The translations under genes were made by a program, and so were the position numbers. The notes under the pieces are model-generated. The model worked only from the letters and a program-made list of their open reading frames with translations. It was not told the DNA's origin and ran no database searches. This document shows, piece after piece, positions 58,701-64,000 of a stretch of 64,000 nt of DNA. The stretch is from assembly GCA_963662335.2 (NCBI GenBank), contig CAXXVD010000003.1:192001-256000 (forward strand), given 5' to 3'. The stretch's first letter is position 1. Each line of letters begins with the position of its first letter. The stretch is from Chloroflexota bacterium (GTDB taxonomy: Bacteria; Chloroflexota; UBA11872; VXOZ01).

Positions 58701-59276
58701 GAGCGCTTTTCGGCAATCAGCACAGGCAACGGTCACACCTGCGCTCTGCGGAAGGACGGTACGCCAATATGCTGGGGTTGGGACGATTACGGTCAAGCAT
58801 CACCACCAGAGGGAGAGCGCTTCATTTCCGTCAGCAGCGGCCGTCTGTTCACGTGCGCTCTGAGAGAAGACGGCACGCCGATTTGCTGGGGCGACGACTA
58901 TAGTGGCGCGACATCGCCGCCGGAGGGCGAGCACTTTATTGCGATCAGTGGCGGCAGTTCTTACAACTGTGCTCTCCGTGCCGACGGTTCACCGGTTTGC
59001 TGGGGAGGCTACAACTTCTACGGTGAAGCGTCGCCGCCGGAGGGCGAGCGCTTTACGGCAATCAGTAGCAGCTATGACCACACCTGCGCACTGCGGGAGG
59101 ACGGCACGGCCGTCTGTTGGGGCGACGATGCTTACGGCAAGGCCTCCCCGCCAGAAGGCGAGCGCTTTGCGGCTATCACTACCGGCAGCATGCACACGTG
59201 CGGGCTCCGCGAGGACGGCACGGCCCTCTGCTGGGGCTGGAACAAGCACAACCAGCTAGAAATCCCCGCAGAGTGA
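55761..59276 (+). CDS. RCC1-repeat lipoprotein (28 repeats in 7+14+7 blocks)
   Basis: VLASC lipobox after GTG 55761; repeated F.AISSG..HTCALR.DG..VCWG units; Pro/Thr linkers between blocks. Confidence 0.9.
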   Translation: MRFVGIVLGILVAGMVLASCAGDQQALPATPQPTGAEVPFPGPTATPMPSVAPGPVPPPRFIAVSGGYRHTCALQEDGTAVCWGSDIFGQVSPPTGERFKAISSGSDHTCALTLEGDAVCWGDDRSGQSSPPEGERFTTISSGWALTCALREDGSAVCWGYDKQGEELPPEGERFIAISSGRSHACAVRSDGVAICWGDNEDGQTEAPASERFTTISSGADDTCALREDGSAVCWGRDSLAGLTLSENERFTAITVSFFIACGLREDGTAFCWGDRSEGYVVSPEGESFVALTSGFDHFCALRADGAIYCWGDDAYGKASLPMDASKPQLTQAVVAKPVPTPIFSQLSEDAVIAVSSGSLHTCALRPDGTPICWGSNREGQSAPPAGERFIAISSSDYHTCALREDGSPVCWSDDDKYGESSPPQGETFVTITSGDRHSCGLRADGTVVCWGSDHFGQASPPKGVRFTAISSGGNHVCGLREDGKALCWGLVGATAPPLGETFVAISSGDDHTCALREDGSPVCWGEDYFGQVYAPEGERFIAISSARKHTCALREDGSAVCWGFYVHADANLHRDNFGQARPPEEERFVAISSGDLHTCALRADGTPVCWGVNASPPEEERFSVISSGYYQACGLRPDGSLYCWGPFASYRYFGSPGEFTAVSVGYQPCGLREDGTIHCWLSGTTGHPPPRSPPDEYRFSAVSSALQGYRGPYTCALKTDGTPVCWVWEFTDESPLEGEALASVSAGGSHGCGLRADGTAVCWGENRLGQATPPEEEQFVALSSGTNHTCALREEGTLVCWGNVRATPPQQDGRFTAISSGSGNTCALRPDGTAVCWGDNYSGQSSSPANEHFTDISTGYAHTCGLRADGSAVCWGWEDFGQTSPESYHEARPAETPIPVAASPVPAPRFLTITGFSDHTCALRTNGAPVCWGDFDAAAPENERFTAISASGHVCALREDGSPVCWGNDNGGQATPPEGERFSAISTGNGHTCALRKDGTPICWGWDDYGQASPPEGERFISVSSGRLFTCALREDGTPICWGDDYSGATSPPEGEHFIAISGGSSYNCALRADGSPVCWGGYNFYGEASPPEGERFTAISSSYDHTCALREDGTAVCWGDDAYGKASPPEGERFAAITTGSMHTCGLREDGTALCWGWNKHNQLEIPAE

Positions 59277-59392
59277 GTCTTGGCCTTCAGACTCCGTTAT
59301 AGGCCTGAATTCGGGGCAAAAATGGCACTCCACATTGTCCCGCGCGTGCCGGAGTCCATCGCGCACAAATGTGCCTCTAGTTACCCCCGTAT

Positions 59393-60193
59393 CTATCCGC
59401 CTTGCTGTGCCAGCAACTTTTCCACGTGCGCCCGCACTACGCCGCGGTCGGCGTGGCAGACCAGGTTGGGGTAGGGGAACGCGCCCGTGGCGCGGAATTT
59501 CTCGGCGTTGGGGTAGTGGAAGTCGCCGGTGTGGGTCATGAACTGGCCCCACCAGCCGTAGGTGTAGCCTGGGGTATACCGTCTGCCGTCGTCGCGCCAC
59601 TCCGGGGGGAAGAGCGACCGAAACGGTGGGAAGCCGTTTATCCAACTGCCGCATTGCACACGCCGGATGTCCGGCCGGTCGCGTTCCAGGTCGTCCAGCA
59701 GTTTCAGCAGCGCGCGCGCCAGCGCGGGCATATCCCAAAACGGCGACTTTGGCTGCAAGAAGTTGGTGAAGTGCAGGTGCACCCGGTCGTCCGCGTAGTC
59801 GCGGCTGAAGCAGCTATAGGGCGTGGGCGGGATTTCTTGCCCGGCTCCCTTCCAGAGGTCGCCGTCCCGTTCACCGGCCAGGCGTTGCTCCATGGCGGGC
59901 AGGAGCAGCGCATAGGCGGCCTCTTCCAGGGCTTGCGTGGTGGCGTCGGCGGCGTGTTGGTCGAAGAGCGCCTGCAGTTGCGCTACCAGCGCGTCCCACT
60001 CCGGATCGGGATGTCCCTGCGCCGGATGGCGTTTCCCATCCCAGAGGTGCGTGCGCCGGTAGATGTCCACGCGGGTGGTGATCAGTTCCGCGAAAGGCCG
60101 CCGCTCGGTGCGCAGCAAGCGGTGCACGTACCAGATCTTGAGTTTCACGCACTCGCGGTCGTAGTTGCGGCGGATTTCCAGCCGAGATGCCAC
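59393..60193 (-). CDS. hypothetical protein
   Basis: 266-aa ORF with GC3-rich codon usage and GAGG upstream; LHFTN, QCGSWIN, GWWGQF. Confidence 0.7.
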   Translation of the reverse strand: MASRLEIRRNYDRECVKLKIWYVHRLLRTERRPFAELITTRVDIYRRTHLWDGKRHPAQGHPDPEWDALVAQLQALFDQHAADATTQALEEAAYALLLPAMEQRLAGERDGDLWKGAGQEIPPTPYSCFSRDYADDRVHLHFTNFLQPKSPFWDMPALARALLKLLDDLERDRPDIRRVQCGSWINGFPPFRSLFPPEWRDDGRRYTPGYTYGWWGQFMTHTGDFHYPNAEKFRATGAFPYPNLVCHADRGVVRAHVEKLLAQQGG

Positions 60194-60234
60194 GTATTCG
60201 CCTCTTTCATCGCACTTGCCCGGAACGGCGCGCG

Positions 60235-61212
60235 CTACCGCTGGCCCGCCACGTCAACCGGCAGGCCGGTCTCGATTGACTGCCGCGCCGCTGCGATGAG
60301 CCGCATCGCCTCCACGCCGTCTTCTCCCGTCACGAGCGGCGCGGCCTTGCCTTCCACGCAGTCCAGGAAGTGGCTGATCTCCTGGTAGTAGCGGTCGTGG
60401 CCGCCCACGTCGGATTCCAGCCGCTCGGTGACGTGATCCAGGCTGAAGCGGCTGCGGCCGGTGAGAAAATCGATGACGATCGCGCCGCGCTCGCCGTAGA
60501 TTTCCACGCGCTTCTCCGTGTGGGGCGACGACCAACTGCCCTCCAGCGTGCCGACCACGCCGTCCACGCTCTCCGCCATGAACGCCACGGTATCGGTGCC
60601 GGGGATGTCCTGGGCCAGGGTTCCGCCCTTGGCGTAGATGTTTTGCATCTCTCCCACCAGGTAGCGGAAGAGGTCAACGTAGTGTGGGCCGGATTCCCAC
60701 AGGATGCCGCCGCCCTGGGCCGGGTCCGCCAGCCACGTGCCGGCCATCAACTCCACACCCGCGAACCGGAGGCGCAGATGGTGCAGCGGCCCCAGCTTAT
60801 CGGCATCTATCCACTCTTTGGCTTTCGCGATTGGCGTGTAGAAGCGGTTGCAGAACGCGGTTAGCAGGACGACGTTGGCGCGCTTGGCGGCGGCGACCAT
60901 GGCCCGGCCTTCATCAACGCTCATCGCCAGCGGTTTCTCGCAAAGCACGTGCACGCCGCGCTCCGCCGCGCGCTCGGTGATCGGGCGGTGCGTGGGCGGC
61001 GGCGTGCACACGCTGACGGCGTGCAGGTCTTCCGCGCGCAGCAGCGCCGCGTAGTCTGTGTAGGCGCGCGCGTCGTATTCTTGCGCGCGCGCCGCCGCCG
61101 CGGCCGGAAGCGGGTCGGCCACGGCCACGACCTCCGCCCGCCCGCTCTTGGCATAGCTGCGCAGGTGAGCGTGCGAAATCGCGCCGCACCCAATCACGGC
61201 CACGCGCATCAT
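60235..61212 (-). CDS. Gfo/Idh/MocA family oxidoreductase
   Basis: VAVIGCGAI, VCTPP, HVLCEKPLA, GGGIL....HYVD. Confidence 0.9.
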   Translation of the reverse strand: MMRVAVIGCGAISHAHLRSYAKSGRAEVVAVADPLPAAAAARAQEYDARAYTDYAALLRAEDLHAVSVCTPPPTHRPITERAAERGVHVLCEKPLAMSVDEGRAMVAAAKRANVVLLTAFCNRFYTPIAKAKEWIDADKLGPLHHLRLRFAGVELMAGTWLADPAQGGGILWESGPHYVDLFRYLVGEMQNIYAKGGTLAQDIPGTDTVAFMAESVDGVVGTLEGSWSSPHTEKRVEIYGERGAIVIDFLTGRSRFSLDHVTERLESDVGGHDRYYQEISHFLDCVEGKAAPLVTGEDGVEAMRLIAAARQSIETGLPVDVAGQR

Positions 61213-61300
61213 CGTTTCATCGTCCTCGCTGTTGCTGGCATTGCCCGGCCTGACGGTTTCGTCGCCATCCGGGTACGCATTGTCTTGTGACGGGCCGCTT

Positions 61301-62050
61301 TCATGGCTTCCGGCCCACCATCAGGCGGGTGAGCAGGCCGAAACTGCCCGGCGCCACCGCAAACGTTTCGCGTATGGACGGCGGCGCGGCGGCAAAGATC
61401 TCCCGAAGCCTGGCCACCGCGTCCGGCGGCGTTTGTTGGCGGGCGACCCAATCGTCGAACTCCAGCATCTTCAGCCAGGTATGGGTCACCGTGAAACTCA
61501 GGCCGGCCTCAGTAAAGAAGCGCCGCCACTCGCCCTGGCTCCACTCGCGCACGTGGGAGGGATCGCGCAGCACCTCCACGCGGTTGATCCAGCGGTCGGC
61601 GGCGGGATCATCCGGCGAGGTGTTGTCAACGACCAGGAAGCGTCCGGCCGGCGTAAGCACGCGGGCCACTTCCCGTACCACCTGCGCCGGCTGGTGGAAG
61701 TGGTGCGCCGTGTAGCGGCAGACCACCAGGGAGAAACTCGCGTCCGGAAAAGGCAGGCGCTCGGCGTTGCCCACACTGGCGTGGAAGTGCGCGATGCCGC
61801 GCTCGCGGGCGTTGCGCCGCGCCGCCTGGAGCATTTGGGGTGTGATGTCCAGGCCGACGAGCAAGCGCGCGGCGGGCGCCAGCGCGAAGGCGGCGTGCCC
61901 CGCGCCGGTTCCCAGGTCCAGGGCGCGGGCGTGCGGTTCCGGCCCGGCCAGTTCCAGGAGCCACGCCAGATCCTCGCCCTCCGCAAAGGCCGCGCTGCGG
62001 CTGTAGGCTTCCGCCGCGCGGCCGAATTGTGCTTGAACTCGTTCGTACAT
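61301..62050 (-). CDS. class I SAM-dependent methyltransferase
   Basis: ALDLGTGAGH, LDITPQML, AERLPFPDASF, AHHF, RVLTPAG, LRDPSH. Confidence 0.9.
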   Translation of the reverse strand: MYERVQAQFGRAAEAYSRSAAFAEGEDLAWLLELAGPEPHARALDLGTGAGHAAFALAPAARLLVGLDITPQMLQAARRNARERGIAHFHASVGNAERLPFPDASFSLVVCRYTAHHFHQPAQVVREVARVLTPAGRFLVVDNTSPDDPAADRWINRVEVLRDPSHVREWSQGEWRRFFTEAGLSFTVTHTWLKMLEFDDWVARQQTPPDAVARLREIFAAAPPSIRETFAVAPGSFGLLTRLMVGRKP

Positions 62051-62314
62051 GATATCGCTTGCCGGGATCTGCGCGGCGCCTGAGATCTCCCGGTATCGTG
62101 GGGTTATAATCTGCGCGTCCGCAAGAAGCCTGCTGCCGCGGCTGCTCACCGCATGATAGATGATGCGCGCCGCGAGCGGCAACCGGAAAATGACACTCGC
62201 TTGGCGCTATGCTAGAATCGTGGTTTGGATGAACCGAATGACGCATCCCCTTATACTAGGTCGAAGCGGTCGCAGTTGGTATCAGCAGCATCTCGCAAGA
62301 AGGAGTCACTCTTG

Positions 62315-62830
62315 ATGCGATGGCGTTTACGCGTTCCTTTGGCGCTCGTCGCGATTATGCTCTCGTTGACACTGATCAGCGCTTGTGGCGGTGAAGAGGA
62401 AGCAGCATGGAGTTGGGACGAAGAGCCGCCAACGCCGACGCCTGCTGTGGTTGAGACAGCGGCATCCGCCGGCCCCATCTGCCAGCCGATACCGGATTGC
62501 ATCGAGGTGACCGCGGACCTGAGCGCGGGCGACGCCGAGGACGGGATGGAGCTATTCGAGAAGAAGGGCTGCGTTGCCTGCCATAAGGTCGCGGAAGACG
62601 GCCCCGGCGGTGAAATCGGCCCCTTGCTCTTCGGCATTGGCGATCCCGCGACGCGCCCGCAACTGGCGGCGAGCACGGGAGACGCGGAGGGCATTCCCAA
62701 CACACCGGAGAATATCTGGCGCTGGGTGAAGTACCCGAACGACATCAAGCCGGGTACCGAAATGGCGCCGCAACCCCTTACGCCTGAAGAGGCCGCCGAC
62801 CTGGTGGCGTATCTCATGACGCTGAAGTAG
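62315..62830 (+). CDS. monoheme cytochrome c lipoprotein
   Basis: LISAC lipobox, CVACH, GP.L, KPGTEM axial Met, DLVAYL. Confidence 0.85.
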   Translation: MRWRLRVPLALVAIMLSLTLISACGGEEEAAWSWDEEPPTPTPAVVETAASAGPICQPIPDCIEVTADLSAGDAEDGMELFEKKGCVACHKVAEDGPGGEIGPLLFGIGDPATRPQLAASTGDAEGIPNTPENIWRWVKYPNDIKPGTEMAPQPLTPEEAADLVAYLMTLK

Positions 62831-62891
62831 GGGGCGTGGGCAGCCCGGTGGCTCCCTCCCACGCGCCGCGATGCGCCGGGAGCGAGGCGTG

Positions 62892-63311
62892 ATGCCCGCG
62901 GGCGCGCGTCCTTGCTCGCTGCTCTTGACCGCATTATTGGCGGCGGTGCTGCTTGCCGCCTGCCTGCCGTGGGAAACACGCGCGCCTGCTGCCAAGCCGC
63001 TCCCCACCGTGCCGCCGGGTATCCTGGGCACGGGCAACGCCGCGGCGGGCCGTGAGCTTTTTTCGCGCAAGGGATGCGCCGCCTGCCACAGCATCGGCGG
63101 CGTGGGCGGCAGCGCCGGCCCGGCGCTGGACGGCATCGCCAATCGCGCGCAACGGCCCACGCTGGCGGGGAATCTTGCAAATACGCCGGAGAACCTCTGG
63201 CGCTGGATTACGAATCCCCAGGCGGTCAAACGCGGCACCCTGATGGCGTCGCAGCCGCTCAGCCCCCAAGAAGCCGCCGACTTGGTGGCATACCTGGAGA
63301 CCTTGCAATAG
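62892..63311 (+). CDS. monoheme cytochrome c lipoprotein (paralogue)
   Basis: LAAC lipobox, CAACH, GPAL, NTPENLWRWI.NP..VK.GTLM. Confidence 0.85.
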   Translation: MPAGARPCSLLLTALLAAVLLAACLPWETRAPAAKPLPTVPPGILGTGNAAAGRELFSRKGCAACHSIGGVGGSAGPALDGIANRAQRPTLAGNLANTPENLWRWITNPQAVKRGTLMASQPLSPQEAADLVAYLETLQ

Positions 63312-63492
63312 GGCCGGGCCCGCGGCGCGCATTTACGGCTCCCGCTCACCCACGCGAGCAGGAGTGGCAAAGCGCCAGCCATCCCCTTTGTAGTTCAAGG
63401 GGGGATTGAGTGCCCCTGAACGGAATTGAGTGGACTTGGGCTAAACCGGTTCGGCAGCCTAGTCCTCAAGTCGCGTCAGCATTGCATGCAAT

Positions 63493-63569
63493 TGTCATTC
63501 CGAGCGTAGCGAGGAATCTAAGAACCTCCGCGCCCTAGATTCTTCGTTGCTGCTCTCCTCAGAATGACA
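63493..63569. repeat. REP family B inverted pair
   Basis: TGTCATTCCGAGCGTAGCGAGGAATCTA ... TAGATTCTTCG...CAGAATGACA. Confidence 0.7.
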
Positions 63570-63688
63570 GTTCGAGGGTCTGCCTTGGGCGATACGCGGG
63601 GTGTCTCGCCCACTTCAAGACCTGAGCCCATGTCGCTTTGTTCCGGCTCAAGCAATGATGTTGTGGGCGCGGTGGGGGCACGCGCGCC

Positions 63689-64000
63689 GTGGTCATTGCC
63701 TGCTACGCCAAACTCAACCTGACCTTGGAAGTCCTCGGCAAGCGCGCCGACGGCTACCACGAGGTGCGCTCCGTGATGCAGACGATCGGCCTGGCGGACC
63801 GGCTGGAAGTGACGGCGGCGGATGAACTCGTCTTCACGTGTGACGACCCCGCGCTGGCAACGCCGGCTAACCTGGTCTACCGCGCCGCGTGCCTGCTGCA
63901 AGCGGCGTGCGGCGCGCGCGCGGGAGCGGATCTGCGGCTGGTAAAACGGATTCCGGTAGCGGCGGGCCTGGGCGGCGGCAGCAGCGACGCGGCGGGGGCC
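63689..64000 (+). CDS. ispE: 4-diphosphocytidyl-2-C-methyl-D-erythritol kinase, partial
   Basis: Not in ORF track; manual translation AKLNLTLEVLGKRADGYHEVRSVMQTI...NLVYRAA...KRIPVAAGLGGGSSDAA. Confidence 0.92.
   Translation, partial: MVIACYAKLNLTLEVLGKRADGYHEVRSVMQTIGLADRLEVTAADELVFTCDDPALATPANLVYRAACLLQAACGARAGADLRLVKRIPVAAGLGGGSSDAAGA

Noticed and set aside
63408-63440. IS3-like terminal repeat remnant (TGAGTGCCCCTGAA...GTGGAC)
   Set aside because: Only a loose resemblance; no partner end or transposase fragment.

Overview
High-GC bacterial chromosome segment, most likely Chloroflexota. This is inferred from Tat-lipoprotein solute-binding proteins, dense REP-like palindromes and repeat-rich secreted proteins typical of host/sponge-associated lineages. 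The housekeeping backbone includes purB, purC, sodC, an EF-G paralogue, pgsA, lepA, pepF and ispE, plus a glycosyltransferase cluster, a Liv-type ABC transporter with two binding proteins and tandem cytochromes c. Accessory content: (i) a family of secreted proteins that share a highly conserved ~87-aa N-terminal module but carry different C-terminal cargo (metalloprotease, double beta-propeller, and a decayed possible ankyrin copy); (ii) a lower-GC putative defence island at 42-47.4 kb (higBA relic, MTase-HNH fusion, HEPN-like protein coupled to a 967-aa helical protein); (iii) a 2x dual-OB + 2x DUF488 cluster, one DUF488 carrying an in-frame REP-derived 6x33-bp expansion, next to a DUF6338-like pseudogene plus small peptide; (iv) a 28-repeat RCC1 lipoprotein; (v) an IS5-derived miniature element; (vi) at least five REP-like palindrome families with recurring adjacent tandem duplications. 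No rRNA, tRNA or CRISPR array was recognised. All family assignments come from motif recognition by eye, not from database searches.
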